In this document: positions 34,171 through 44,118 of the stretch, one piece after another
Position numbering within the stretch: position 1 is the first letter of the stretch
How the letters are laid out: each line of letters starts with the position of its first letter
From: Candidatus Bathyarchaeota archaeon ex4484_205
GTDB lineage: Archaea > Thermoproteota > EX4484-205
Length of the DNA: 44,128 bases
NCBI GenBank assembly: GCA_002255045.1
Contig: NJEE01000001.1
Coordinates: 1-44,128, forward strand
Direction of reading: 5' to 3'
The notes under the pieces: generated by a model
The model's input: only the letters and a program-made list of their open reading frames with translations
Databases searched by the model: none
What the model was told of the DNA's origin: nothing
Translations under genes and position numbers: made by a program

Positions 34171-35661
34171 GTGGAAGGAAATAGTATAATTGATAGGTAT
34201 ATACAAGAAATAGTGAATCAGACAGGACTCTCAAGAGAAGAAGTTGAAAGAGAAATTGAAAAGATAGAACATGAGAAAATACCCCATGTAAGTAAGAGGG
34301 TTAGGAGATTGGCTGCAGTAATACATCTTGCAAATTCATTAAATGTGAAAATTTTTGAGAGAGTAGAGGAGAGAACTTTAAAAATTTCAGAATTAAGACC
34401 AGGTATAACAAATATACGGATAATTGGGAGAGTAATTGCCGTGTTTGAAATACAAACAGTGGACACGGAATGGGAGGTTCTGAAGATCAGGAGAATACTT
34501 ATAGGGGACGATACAGGTGAGGCATTTCTTATTCTATGGAGAGAGAATACAGACCTGATAGAGAGGAAGGGAATAAAACAGGGAGACATCATAGAGGCAA
34601 ACAGAGTATATTGTAAAGAAGGAAGGGGAAATATCATCGAGTTACACTTGGCCACTCAGGGGAACATAAAAAAAATAGAGGATGTGGAGTTACCAGAGAG
34701 AGAATATTTCTTTAGAGAGGTGGATGAAATAGAGGAAGAGAAACCAAGAGTAAATATAAGAGGGATTATTGAGGCTGTGGCGCCTGTCTCAACTTTTGAG
34801 AGGAGTGATGGAAGTGTGGGAAGACTACGCAGGATAGTTATAAAGGGGGAGAGAAAAAGATTGAGAGGAGTATTATGGGATACTCAAACGGATAAAGTTC
34901 GAGAAGGGGATATAGGAAGGGAGTGCTATTTTGTCGGAGTGAGTGTCAGGAGAGGAATAACAGGGGAACTTGAGTTTTCAGTAAATAGAAATAGTTACAT
35001 AGAATTGGGAGAAAAAAAGGAGGAAGTAGAGAGCCCTATTGATATAAAGGAGATTTATAGCAAAAGAGATGGAGAATATGTTAACTTAATTGCGACAGTG
35101 GTAAAAGTATTTAGAAAAAGAGAAGTCCAAATCGGAGGGCTACAGAGAACTGTACAGGAAATTCTGCTAACAGATGGGACAGACTTTATAACTTTAAATA
35201 TTTGGGAGGGAGACATAGAAGTAAAAGAGGGAGATATAATTAGGATAGACGGAGGAAGAGTACGAATAGATAAATATGGTGGAAGAAGAATAGATGCAGG
35301 CAGAGAGAGCAGTATAAAAACTTTAGGAGAGAAAAAAGAGGAAATAGTGAAACCTTTTTACATGATTGGAAAATTATACAGTGGATTGAAAAATATATGT
35401 CTTGAAGGGCTTGTGATGGAAGAGCCGTTCCTCGACGAAGTGACTACAATAAAAGGTGAGAAGGTGGATAGAGGCGTTACGAGAATAGCGGATGACAGTG
35501 GAGAGATAGAAGTTTTAGGATGGAGAGAAGAGGCTAAAAAGATTTCAATACTTAGAAAGAATCAGATCATCAGATTAAAATGGGTTAATATAATTGAGAA
35601 TCCTCAGGGGAGACTTGTTGCACTATTAACTAGTAATAGCGAAATTGAGACATTGTGTTAA
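34171..35661 (+). CDS. RPA-like single-stranded DNA-binding protein with multiple OB folds
   Basis: 496 aa with a GTG start. Repeated OB-like units (ISELRPG..NIRIIGRV, VNIRGIIEAV, YVNLIATVVKV, NICLEGLVME) and the repeated linker LGEKKEE(V/I). Confidence 0.65.
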   Translation: MEGNSIIDRYIQEIVNQTGLSREEVEREIEKIEHEKIPHVSKRVRRLAAVIHLANSLNVKIFERVEERTLKISELRPGITNIRIIGRVIAVFEIQTVDTEWEVLKIRRILIGDDTGEAFLILWRENTDLIERKGIKQGDIIEANRVYCKEGRGNIIELHLATQGNIKKIEDVELPEREYFFREVDEIEEEKPRVNIRGIIEAVAPVSTFERSDGSVGRLRRIVIKGERKRLRGVLWDTQTDKVREGDIGRECYFVGVSVRRGITGELEFSVNRNSYIELGEKKEEVESPIDIKEIYSKRDGEYVNLIATVVKVFRKREVQIGGLQRTVQEILLTDGTDFITLNIWEGDIEVKEGDIIRIDGGRVRIDKYGGRRIDAGRESSIKTLGEKKEEIVKPFYMIGKLYSGLKNICLEGLVMEEPFLDEVTTIKGEKVDRGVTRIADDSGEIEVLGWREEAKKISILRKNQIIRLKWVNIIENPQGRLVALLTSNSEIETLC

Positions 35662-35704
35662 ATAAAGTTAATATCCCTCCAAGCTAATAAAATTAAACTA
35701 AAAG

Positions 35705-35974
35705 ATGGAAAATAACAAAATAGTAACAATACCAGTAGGTAGAAAACAATTGTGGGTATATGTTACCGCATGTATTACCTCCTTCAACTCTGGATACCAG
35801 AAAGTGATGGTTAGAGGAAGAGGGAGAGAGATCTCAAAGGCAGTAGATGTAGTAAATGCTCTTAAAAATTCATTTTTGAGTGATTTAAGGATAGATGAAA
35901 TAAGGATAACATCGGATAAAATAGAAGATAAAAATCTATCCAAGCCAGTTATTGAAATAATAATATCAAAATAA
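35705..35974 (+). CDS. albA: Alba chromatin/RNA-binding protein
   Basis: 89 aa. VMVRGRGREISKAVDVVNALKN...IRI. Confidence 0.8.
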   Translation: MENNKIVTIPVGRKQLWVYVTACITSFNSGYQKVMVRGRGREISKAVDVVNALKNSFLSDLRIDEIRITSDKIEDKNLSKPVIEIIISK

Positions 35975-35996
35975 CCAAAATTTTAATTAAAAGAAT

Positions 35997-36164
35997 TTAA
36001 AACAATAAAGGAAGAGCGACACTTGCAACTATAAATAGAATTCCAAATAATACAACCGCAGTAGGGGAGATTTTAGGACCACCGCTTTCTTCTTCAAAGA
36101 ATCGAAGCAAACCTGCACTCGCAGCTGGCATAGGGGCCTCTCGACGTCTCCTTCGTGCAGACAT
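35997..36164 (-). CDS. preprotein translocase subunit Sec61beta (not in the ORF track)
   Basis: 55 aa. MSARRRRREAPMPAASAGLLRFFEEESGGPKISPTAVVLFGILFIVASVALPLLF. The AGLLRFFEEE..KISP block plus a C-terminal TM is the Sec61beta pattern. Confidence 0.7.
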   Translation of the reverse strand: MSARRRRREAPMPAASAGLLRFFEEESGGPKISPTAVVLFGILFIVASVALPLLF

Positions 36165-36215
36165 TTCTTAGCAAAGTAGAAATATTCAAGTTGATAAAGT
36201 TTTCCATGTAAATCA

Positions 36216-37688
36216 ATGGAGAGAGGAAAAGGAGGGGAGGACTTCATACAGAATATTACGAGAAGGTATCCGGTAATTTTTACGTATGGTGCCATCAAAC
36301 TTATCGAAGAAAAAGGTCTTGAGGAAGCAACAATAGAAAATATTGTTTCAAATTGTATAGAAAATGGTATAAAAATAATTTCAGAGAAAGATATAGAAAG
36401 AAGAATCCACACTAAAAGAATATTTCAAAGTATAAAGACATTTACTCCGAAGGCAAAAGAGTTAGCAGAGAATCTGCAAATAGAACTAAGTCTCGACGAT
36501 AAGAACATTACAAAACCATCGGATAGTATCGAGAACAACATAAAAGCACTTCGAGACCGATATAGAAAGATTTATTCCATTTTAAGGAAGAGAATTCCGA
36601 GAGGATTATATGAGATTTCAGATTTGAAGAAGATTGAAGATGGAAAAACTGGATATATTGTTGGTATGGTGCTCACCATAGTTAAAGGTAAGAGAATATT
36701 GGTAGAAGATCCTACAGACAATTGTGATATCATAATTTCCGAAAGAATTTTGAATAGAGGTAATAGAGAGAAGTTAAAATTTGTTACTAAGGATGCTGTT
36801 CTCGGTTTTCAGATACTAAAGAAATGGGGTAAGGTTTTCTATAAAGATGTAATATTTCCAGAGTTTGAAGAACCACCTAATGAGGGGAAAGATGAGGAAG
36901 TTGCAGTACTGTTGACATCTGATCTACATGTAGGTAGCAAGTATTTCAATAGAAAAAAGTTCGAGATCTTGATCGAATGGCTGAAGGGGAGGAGAGGAAG
37001 AGAAGAGTTAGCTGGGAAAGTAAAATATATCATAATTGCAGGAGATCTGGTAGATGGCATAGGTATTTACCCCTCACAACGATTTGAATTATCAATTACA
37101 GATCTTCATAGGCAGTACCAGAATGTGGCCGAGATCCTCTCGGCCATACCTGACTATATATCTATAATTATAATTCCTGGAAATCATGATGCAACGTATA
37201 GAGAGATTCCACAACCTCCAATCTTCAAGGAGTTCAGGGAAGTTTTCGATGGACTTCCAATAAAATTTCTGAGCAACCCTGCTATTGTAAGAATTTTTGG
37301 CAAACGTTTTCTTATAGAACATGGAGAAGTGTTAGAGAGTGTAAGTAATAATCTAGAGAATGTGAGCCATAATGAACCAGCAAGATTGATGCTTCATTTC
37401 CTAAGGCTGAGAAACTTTGCTCCAATCTCAGAAGGAAGAATCATGGTGAACATACAACCTAATGACCTATTCACTATATTAGCCGTTCCTAATGTTTTCC
37501 ATATGGGCCATATCCATGTTTATGGATATGAAAAATACCGAAATGTACATATTATTAATAGTGGAACTTGGCAGGAAATGACTCCTTACCAAGAAAGGTT
37601 AGGACTACAACCCACTCCAGGGATTTTTGGAGTATTTGATTTTACTAAAGGACGGATACACAATCTTTCTATTGGTGAGGTATCTTAA
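36216..37688 (+). CDS. DNA polymerase D small subunit (DP1, Mre11-like phosphoesterase)
   Basis: 490 aa. LTSDLHVGSKYF, IIAGDLVDGIGIYP, IIPGNHDA and GHIHV. Confidence 0.9.
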   Translation: MERGKGGEDFIQNITRRYPVIFTYGAIKLIEEKGLEEATIENIVSNCIENGIKIISEKDIERRIHTKRIFQSIKTFTPKAKELAENLQIELSLDDKNITKPSDSIENNIKALRDRYRKIYSILRKRIPRGLYEISDLKKIEDGKTGYIVGMVLTIVKGKRILVEDPTDNCDIIISERILNRGNREKLKFVTKDAVLGFQILKKWGKVFYKDVIFPEFEEPPNEGKDEEVAVLLTSDLHVGSKYFNRKKFEILIEWLKGRRGREELAGKVKYIIIAGDLVDGIGIYPSQRFELSITDLHRQYQNVAEILSAIPDYISIIIIPGNHDATYREIPQPPIFKEFREVFDGLPIKFLSNPAIVRIFGKRFLIEHGEVLESVSNNLENVSHNEPARLMLHFLRLRNFAPISEGRIMVNIQPNDLFTILAVPNVFHMGHIHVYGYEKYRNVHIINSGTWQEMTPYQERLGLQPTPGIFGVFDFTKGRIHNLSIGEVS

Positions 37689-37690
37689 GG

Positions 37691-40600
37691 TTAGAAATAC
37701 TGCGTCAATCGTTTCTGTTTTCCCTCAGAATGATAGAGAAGTAGAGCAGATTCCTTTTTCAAGAGATCTATATACTGTTTATAGTAATTCGATAAATTAA
37801 AATTGTTAACTAAAAACTCTGCAATCTTAAGATATTTTATAACAGACTTGCTGTACACACGTCTTACTAATTCACCGCCACAATTGGGACATCGACCAGA
37901 GAGAGTGGGACGAGAGAGGTTTAAACCACAGTATTTACACCTCACAGAATTACTATAGAAAGCCCTGAGGTTTCCTGCAATGTCACGCAGGATATGGGAA
38001 TCAAGAATTCTTTCTACAATTTTATCAATAGGGAAATTGTTCAATGTTTTCATTATAGAGAGCTGTAACTCAAGTTTTTTCTGAATGGAGAATTCCCTAT
38101 ATGAGCTTCTTAAAACACCTTTTTGTATAGAGGAAGTGGAATGTGTGGCAAATATCTTAAAGAAATAGGAATCAGAAAGTAGCGAACGTCCCACGGTATT
38201 TATTCGAGCCAAGGGGGCAGAATCCTCTTTCATAGTAGAATTGTAGAAATCACAACTTAGGGTAGCTTCATTTTCCATATTATATACTTGATCATCGATT
38301 TCATGAGGATTAAGAATTGGAAATAGAAGAATGGGAGAATCCATCATCCCACCTGGTCTTTCAGGCAAGAAGTGTCTAGAGAAATTGAGAAAGACATCCA
38401 TAAGAAGAATGATTGAATCAGCGTCACCATCACAATCCCTTCTTTTAGCTTGATGCCAGAATGGATGGGCAAATATAACTTCACAATCAGTAAATCCAAT
38501 TATCCTTCCTATAATGCCCCCATATGTATGAGGAGAGATGCCTATAACCAGATGGCCAATTAGGTCCTTGGGTTCATTTAGATTATAAAATGAGTCAACG
38601 TGGTAAACATATTTCAAAAGTGAGTCCAGGAATTTTGATACCTTAACTAAATACTCTGCAGCACTTTTAGGGATAATTATGTCCTGTGGATAAAGGAATA
38701 TTTCCTGTCCTTCAGACTCTATGGGATTACCATATATATCTCTACGGTAACCAAGCTCTAGAGCAGTTCTAATGTCTATACCTATTTCTGAAGGTTTAAA
38801 AGAGGTTAGGGGGGCATTAGATGCCTCGAACCGGGTAGTACCATCACGAAAGACGAATAGATCAAATAAAGCTCTCAAAATCCCTTTAACAGGATGTTCA
38901 GGTAGACGTTCAGGATTCATTAAAGACTTAACGCCCTTAATAACCTTAGGAGGCGATAATATGTTGACCATTTTGGCAGAGCGTTCTAGGAGGGATTTAA
39001 GATCTATGTTTCTGGGCATATAGGGAAGAAGCTTTGCACCACACACATTACATACACCACCTTGAATGTTTCTTTTATGGCAGTTAGGACAATAATACAA
39101 AGGAATTGTTTCACTTTTACATGTTTCACAATATCGAAAGAAGGTAGTTGACTTGCAATTTTTGCAATATCTATAAGCCAGATCTACAATTAGAATTCTT
39201 TCTTTGAAGGCTTTCATCAAATCTCTTGAAGGACCACCTTTTAAACCAACTGGAAACAAAGTATGAACAGGAGGATTAAGTTTTCTAGGTTTAGCTGCCT
39301 CTGGACGGCCCATTCGTGCACCTACATATACCCCGATAGTGTCTCTAAGTAAGATACCTGAAGATTTAGAGAGAATCTCAAGAACATCATCATAACCAGT
39401 ATCTAATGGATTTCTAAATAAATAGACAAGAACGAGAGAATATGGATAATCAATTACAATTTCTTTGTTTTTTGACAATTTGTGGGGGATGCATAACTTT
39501 TCTAAAATTTTTTTGATTCGATGATCAATGAGTATAATGTGATTGTCTTCTTTCCGGGAATTCTTAATAGCTTTTGACAGGATGATAAGTTCATTTTTGG
39601 ATATATTTCTCCAAAAGAAGGTATAATAAGGATGTAGAGGAATATGATAAGTCCTTGAGAGATGTATTGCTTCTTCAGGAGATGGACGGCTATAAAAAGG
39701 GTCTTTAATATACCTCATTATATCCTCATCAAAGGATTTATGAGTTTTTTTAAGTGCAGATTTAAGATCTTCTACCCACCACTCTTCCACATAAGGGGAT
39801 GGAGGAACACGCATATTATTCTCGATGAAATCGCCTAGGGAAATCAAGATATCTCCCAAGAAAAGTATTTTTTCTATGTTCTTCTCAATGGCCTCCGCCA
39901 TCGAGATATCTTCAACACGAAGAACGGAGCCATCTTTCAACAACACTACAGGAGGATGAATAGTATCAACGGACATAACTATGGCAGATTTAGATGGTTT
40001 ACTCAACCGCAACTGAGTTCCAATTGCGAGAAAGGATTTTGTGAGAAACATGGTACAGGGATGAATACCTACAGAGGCAAGACCTGTATTTCTACATCTT
40101 CCCAGACGGATTCTGAAACCTCCAAAATTTTCCACAGAGAAAACAGGCCGGCCTATTACGACTTGATCCAAGTAACTTTCCTTGACCTTTGATTCTACAC
40201 GTATGGAATTCAACCATTCCCATCCATCAAATTTGAGTAAAGAAACATAATTCATCACCTTTCTTGCTCTCCCGATAATTCCATCATTCACAACTCTGAG
40301 GGCTCCACCCCTCACCTGATTGGTCTCGATACGAGGCAGATCACGGTAAAGCGATACCTCAATGGGATCAGTTTCATGACCAGTAACCTCGATAGGTATA
40401 TTCTGCAATGTAAATCTCAGTTCTTCATCTCTAATTTTATATTGGAAACGTCCTACATCACGTTCATAAAGGCGAAGCTCCTCTATAAACCGATATATTT
40501 CATCTCGAGTGGGGATATAACGATTCAATCCAAGCTTTCTTCGAATATAATCAGCTAGGAGAACTGCAACAGCTTGCTCAGTTCCTCCAGCAGACCTCAT

Positions 40601-41044
40601 GGGTCCTGCAAAATATACTGCAAGATATTCTGAACCATCCAGATTCCTTTTTATCCTAACTTCTACAATACCCTCTATAGGAGCAGAGGTTGTGCCAGGT
40701 GGAGTTAATACTGCGAGGCCCGCCCTAATCGCCAAAAGTGCAGCTTTCTCCCTTGACATAGCTCCAAGACTGTCTTCAATGATTTTCTCTGCCAATTTGA
40801 AGGCCAACAGTGGATTTGAGTATTCTTCTGATAGTTTTTGAATAGTTTTAGAGAGGGAGGGGAGGCCTATAAGTTTCTCTATAGCCTCAGCGTGAGAATA
40901 TACAACAAGACTTTCTATTTCCTCTTCAGGATCTATTCGAGCTTTTTTCGCTTGGCTTGCGACTCTCAGACATTCCTCGAATTTATTTAATAGAATATCG
41001 TGATATGATTTGAGTAATTCATCATGTGACATGGAACTCACCAT
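37691..41044 (-). CDS. DNA polymerase D large subunit (DP2), no obvious intein
   Basis: 1117 aa. N-terminal AKKARIDPEEEIE, zinc clusters CKNCKS...CETC / CPNC...CNVCG / CKYCG...CPNCGG, and KRRDCDGDADS. Confidence 0.9.
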   Translation of the reverse strand: MVSSMSHDELLKSYHDILLNKFEECLRVASQAKKARIDPEEEIESLVVYSHAEAIEKLIGLPSLSKTIQKLSEEYSNPLLAFKLAEKIIEDSLGAMSREKAALLAIRAGLAVLTPPGTTSAPIEGIVEVRIKRNLDGSEYLAVYFAGPMRSAGGTEQAVAVLLADYIRRKLGLNRYIPTRDEIYRFIEELRLYERDVGRFQYKIRDEELRFTLQNIPIEVTGHETDPIEVSLYRDLPRIETNQVRGGALRVVNDGIIGRARKVMNYVSLLKFDGWEWLNSIRVESKVKESYLDQVVIGRPVFSVENFGGFRIRLGRCRNTGLASVGIHPCTMFLTKSFLAIGTQLRLSKPSKSAIVMSVDTIHPPVVLLKDGSVLRVEDISMAEAIEKNIEKILFLGDILISLGDFIENNMRVPPSPYVEEWWVEDLKSALKKTHKSFDEDIMRYIKDPFYSRPSPEEAIHLSRTYHIPLHPYYTFFWRNISKNELIILSKAIKNSRKEDNHIILIDHRIKKILEKLCIPHKLSKNKEIVIDYPYSLVLVYLFRNPLDTGYDDVLEILSKSSGILLRDTIGVYVGARMGRPEAAKPRKLNPPVHTLFPVGLKGGPSRDLMKAFKERILIVDLAYRYCKNCKSTTFFRYCETCKSETIPLYYCPNCHKRNIQGGVCNVCGAKLLPYMPRNIDLKSLLERSAKMVNILSPPKVIKGVKSLMNPERLPEHPVKGILRALFDLFVFRDGTTRFEASNAPLTSFKPSEIGIDIRTALELGYRRDIYGNPIESEGQEIFLYPQDIIIPKSAAEYLVKVSKFLDSLLKYVYHVDSFYNLNEPKDLIGHLVIGISPHTYGGIIGRIIGFTDCEVIFAHPFWHQAKRRDCDGDADSIILLMDVFLNFSRHFLPERPGGMMDSPILLFPILNPHEIDDQVYNMENEATLSCDFYNSTMKEDSAPLARINTVGRSLLSDSYFFKIFATHSTSSIQKGVLRSSYREFSIQKKLELQLSIMKTLNNFPIDKIVERILDSHILRDIAGNLRAFYSNSVRCKYCGLNLSRPTLSGRCPNCGGELVRRVYSKSVIKYLKIAEFLVNNFNLSNYYKQYIDLLKKESALLLYHSEGKQKRLTQYF

Positions 41045-41351
41045 TTGTCACAGTTCTGCTTAAAAGAATCACGTTCCAAGGCCGTTTCTTCACACCAATT
41101 TTGTGGGTATAAACATCAAAAGCATAAGAAACTCGCTTTTTTACACAATCCCTACAAATGTGATGACGTACATCACTTGGCCCATCACAGTTCCCACAAT
41201 TTAGTATCAGAACATTTCCCACTCCTTTCACAGTGGCGATGGTAAACTCGTCAAACTCGTAACGTGGAACAAAATCCGGCCAAATATCGTAGGATCCTTC
41301 AAGTTTCAGTATCTTTTTAATAGCAAGAAAAAGATTCTCAAAGCATGTCAT
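41022..41351 (-). CDS. Cys/His-rich hypothetical protein coupled to the PolD large subunit
   Basis: 109 aa from the internal ATG, which forms an ATGA overlap with the upstream GGGPS stop. NCGNCDGPSDVRHHICRDC is a probable zinc site. Its 3' end overlaps the DP2 start by up to 23 nt. Confidence 0.45.
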   Translation of the reverse strand: MTCFENLFLAIKKILKLEGSYDIWPDFVPRYEFDEFTIATVKGVGNVLILNCGNCDGPSDVRHHICRDCVKKRVSYAFDVYTHKIGVKKRPWNVILLSRTVTNGEFHVT

Positions 41352-42118
41352 TTTATTTTTCTCTCTTTCACTCCTTCTTTTACAGCGTTCGCAAATTCCA
41401 ATATCTTCTTTCGGCAATTAGGATCATTTTCCATGACATTTCCAGTAACGATTATATCAGCACCAGCTTTCACAGCATTTTTGATATTCTCCGAATTAAT
41501 AAGTCCACCACCAACTATAATTGGTAAATTTACAATTTTTTTAACAAATGAAATAAAATATGGTGGTATAGGTTCTTTAACTCCCGAGCCTGCCTCCAAA
41601 TAAATTAATTTAAATCCAATCAGCTCAGCAGAAAGTGCGTACATTGCAGCTAATTCTGGATGATCAAAAGGAATTGGATCAGCCTCCCCGATATATCCTG
41701 CAGCACCACCATCGCCTACAATTATATAGGCAAGAGATATGGGTTCTAACCCTAATTTCTTGATGGTAGGAGCTGCAACTGCCTGAACTCTAGAGATATA
41801 ATAAGGATTTCTAGAATTTAATAGAGACATGAAAAAGATCGCGTCTGCGCCTTTCGCCACGCTGGATACATTGCTTGGAAAAATGATGACAGGAATCTTT
41901 GTGATCTTTTTTATGTATTGTATCACATTATGTATAGAATATTGTGATATCACAGTAGATCCACCAACAAGAAAAGCTGCAACATCGGCCTCTTCAGCAA
42001 TATCGCAAAGTTTGTCTAAATGATCTGGTTTATCAGGATCAACCAGTATGAAATAGAGGGCACCCTTTTGCTTTAGTTTTTCGATCAAGTAATTGAAGGT
42101 AGAATTTTTGACGTTCAT
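41348..42118 (-). CDS. geranylgeranylglyceryl phosphate synthase (PcrB/GGGPS family)
   Basis: 256 aa. FLVGGS, YLEAGSG and IIVGGGLINSEN, in a TIM-barrel pattern. Confidence 0.8.
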   Translation of the reverse strand: MNVKNSTFNYLIEKLKQKGALYFILVDPDKPDHLDKLCDIAEEADVAAFLVGGSTVISQYSIHNVIQYIKKITKIPVIIFPSNVSSVAKGADAIFFMSLLNSRNPYYISRVQAVAAPTIKKLGLEPISLAYIIVGDGGAAGYIGEADPIPFDHPELAAMYALSAELIGFKLIYLEAGSGVKEPIPPYFISFVKKIVNLPIIVGGGLINSENIKNAVKAGADIIVTGNVMENDPNCRKKILEFANAVKEGVKERKIK

Positions 42119-42375
42119 CCTATTTCACCACTATTAAATCTATCAACAAATTTACAGTATGCATCTACCTTTTCATAACGCTTGGGCACTTCAAAAGTAT
42201 CTGAAAGACCACATTCCTCAAAACCACATTTAACAATTGCAACCTTTAAATCTCCAGAATTAGAAGAATTTTCAAAATTTACACTAATACTTTGATGCCC
42301 ACACTGAGGGCAGACAAAAATGGAAGGAAGTTTTCTCTTGTAGACCTTGATCTTACGTCTTTTTCTTCTCGCCAA
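42115..42375 (-). CDS. Elf1-type transcription elongation factor homolog (zinc ribbon)
   Basis: 86 aa. A basic N-terminus, then FVCPQCGH...VKCGFEECG...KVDAYCKFVDRF, paralleling eukaryotic Elf1 (F.C.FC......C..CG....VDVYS.W.D). Confidence 0.65.
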   Translation of the reverse strand: MARRKRRKIKVYKRKLPSIFVCPQCGHQSISVNFENSSNSGDLKVAIVKCGFEECGLSDTFEVPKRYEKVDAYCKFVDRFNSGEIG

Positions 42376-42459
42376 TGCTAAAATAACAAACTCCCATAAC
42401 TAAAAGATAAACCTATCCACATTATTCAAATAAATAAGTAATACAAAATTGTATAGAAA

Positions 42460-42855
42460 ATGAGGAAAGAAGAAGAGGAAAAACGAAAGATAAAAAGAAG
42501 AGGAAATAAACTAAAAATAGACAAAAATATAATAAAACTCACTAATTTAACCAGAAAACAACTAGAAGCTCTATTAAAATATATATCTAACGAAAAAAGA
42601 GACTATATTTTGGATAAAAAGAGAATATCAAAAGGAGCATATCACAGAATCCTCTCACAAGCAAGACAGAACATCGCAAAGACACTAGTCACAATAGCAG
42701 TTCTTGCAATGTTAAATATAATAAATGAAGAGGACATTCTAAGCTTGATAGAAATAGGTCAGGAACTTCAAAGAGTAGAAATAGAAGAGCAATATAGAAT
42801 ACTAAAAGCTATATCCCAAAAAATTGAAGACTCAATGAAGAGAAGGTATAAATAA
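42460..42855 (+). CDS. small Tfx/sigma-region-4-like HTH protein
   Basis: 131 aa. Lys-rich N-terminus, then LTRKQLEALLKYI...ISKGAYHRILSQARQNIAK. Confidence 0.35.
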   Translation: MRKEEEEKRKIKRRGNKLKIDKNIIKLTNLTRKQLEALLKYISNEKRDYILDKKRISKGAYHRILSQARQNIAKTLVTIAVLAMLNIINEEDILSLIEIGQELQRVEIEEQYRILKAISQKIEDSMKRRYK

Positions 42856-42872
42856 AATGATGATATAAATAC

Positions 42873-42894
42873 TGTGATGTCACAAAACATCACA
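42873..42894. promoter_or_regulatory. 8-bp inverted repeat TGTGATGT-N6-ACATCACA spanning the start codon of the next gene
   Basis: Read directly: 42873-42880 and 42887-42894 are perfect reverse complements. Confidence 0.5.
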
Positions 42895-43269
42895 TCACTT
42901 AATAAAAGAATATTAGAAGAGATAGAAAAAGTATTAGAAGAAAATCAAATACTGAAAATAAAAATAGAGTTGTTAGAGGGCGAATTAGAGAGCATTAAAG
43001 AATCATTGAGAACTTGTCTGGAGGCCCAATTACAACTGACACAGAAAATAAAAAAGAGAAAAGAAAAAGGAGTAAGAAGAGAAGATGTAGAAGAAAAAAT
43101 TATGGAAATTTTACGAGAAAAAGGAGAGGCCACTGCAAGTGAAATACAGAAAATAATAAACAGAACGAGAGAACATACGAGCAGATTACTAAAGAAAATG
43201 AGCGAAGAAGGCCTAATAGAAAGAAGGAAAATAGGAAAGAAATACTTGTATAGCTTGAGATCACACTAG
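42874..43269 (+). CDS. coiled-coil + winged-HTH protein
   Basis: 131 aa with a GTG start. EKIMEILREKGEATASEIQKIINRTREHTSRLLKKMSEEGLIERRKIGKKYLYSL. Confidence 0.5.
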   Translation: MMSQNITSLNKRILEEIEKVLEENQILKIKIELLEGELESIKESLRTCLEAQLQLTQKIKKRKEKGVRREDVEEKIMEILREKGEATASEIQKIINRTREHTSRLLKKMSEEGLIERRKIGKKYLYSLRSH

Positions 43270-43652
43270 ACAAGAAGAGAACGATTTAAAATTTTATAGT
43301 TGTAAAACCTTCCAGTCTTTCTTCTATATAACACACCTTGCTCAGTAAGCCTCTGAAGATAGGTGGAAACCGTAGATAACTTTATACTGACACCATATCG
43401 TGCCTCATAAAGAGATTGAACATCTTCAGAAGTAAACCATTCACTACTCGAAGAAAGTTCAGAGAGTATTCGCAGCATGTTCTTAAATATTGAGGAATGT
43501 GTCTCGAAATCTTCGGTAGAAGGAGGAGAAGAAAAAAGAGAAGCATAACGAAGAATAAGGTCAGGAGTTATTCTACCTTGAATAGATAGAACGATCTTAT
43601 TACCATCTTCATCGTAAAACTCAAAGCGTAATTTAGCCTTCCTGACCATCAC
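43266..43652 (-). CDS. small protein with C-terminal winged-HTH
   Basis: 128 aa. FTSEDVQSLYEARYGVSIKLSTVSTYLQRLTEQGVLYRRKTGRFYNYKI. Confidence 0.5.
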   Translation of the reverse strand: MMVRKAKLRFEFYDEDGNKIVLSIQGRITPDLILRYASLFSSPPSTEDFETHSSIFKNMLRILSELSSSSEWFTSEDVQSLYEARYGVSIKLSTVSTYLQRLTEQGVLYRRKTGRFYNYKILNRSLLV

Positions 43653-44090
43653 AAAAAAGAAAAGAGGGAAGTAAATAAATATTGTTCACAAAAAGAAATA
43701 ACCTTAATTTCCTGTGGAAAAAATAAAAAAAGAAATAAAGAGAAAGACGGAAAAATAAGAAAAATTCCAAATATCACATATTAACAAAATATGTATAAAT
43801 GTGTGAAGAAGTAAAAAATGAAAAATAAAGAAGAAAACGAATTCCATAGGAAATAGAGGGGTCATAAAAGAAGGAAAAATGTGAATAAATGAATAAACAA
43901 TAACCCCATAATTTCTTATGGAATTTTTCTTGAGAGTGATCATAAAAGTTTAAGAAAATTAGATAGTATTATAATATTAAGAATAATTTAATAAAATAGC
44001 TTATTTTTACTGACATTACTTTATTTAATAACTTCTTTTTTGATGAGAAAAATAGTATGGATAATATTTCTTCAGTAGAAATAAAGGGGT

Positions 44091-44118
44091 CCAAGTTATG
44101 TTCCCCAAGTTATGTTCC
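44091..44118 (+). repeat. perfect tandem 14-mer CCAAGTTATGTTCC x2 at the window edge
   Basis: Read directly. Preceded by GGGGT and embedded in a ~470-nt AT-rich non-coding stretch. Confidence 0.85.

Noticed and set aside
36029-36412. The 127-aa minus-strand ORF.
   Set aside because: It has a hydrophobic, low-complexity translation and overlaps the DP1 start. The same region holds a much better 55-aa Sec61beta ORF in another minus-strand frame (35997-36164).
37691-41044. A possible intein in the PolD large subunit.
   Set aside because: The length (1117 aa) and uninterrupted conserved blocks leave no room for an intein, and I saw no Cys/Ser-...-HN-Cys splice junction pattern.
41352-41417. The N-terminal 22-aa extension of the Cys-rich ORF (track start at 41417).
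   Set aside because: It lies entirely inside the GGGPS coding region. The internal ATG forms a classic ATGA stop-start overlap with GGGPS.
42857-42900. ATGATGA followed by TGATG as a box C/D sRNA.
   Set aside because: There is no CUGA D box at the appropriate spacing and no terminal stem. The region is better explained as intergenic sequence plus the start of ORF 42874 with an operator-like dyad.
43704-43943. The 79-aa Phe/Ile-rich minus-strand ORF.
   Set aside because: It is the translation of a poly-purine AT-rich spacer. It could mimic a membrane protein, but low-complexity sequence with no start context makes it unreliable.
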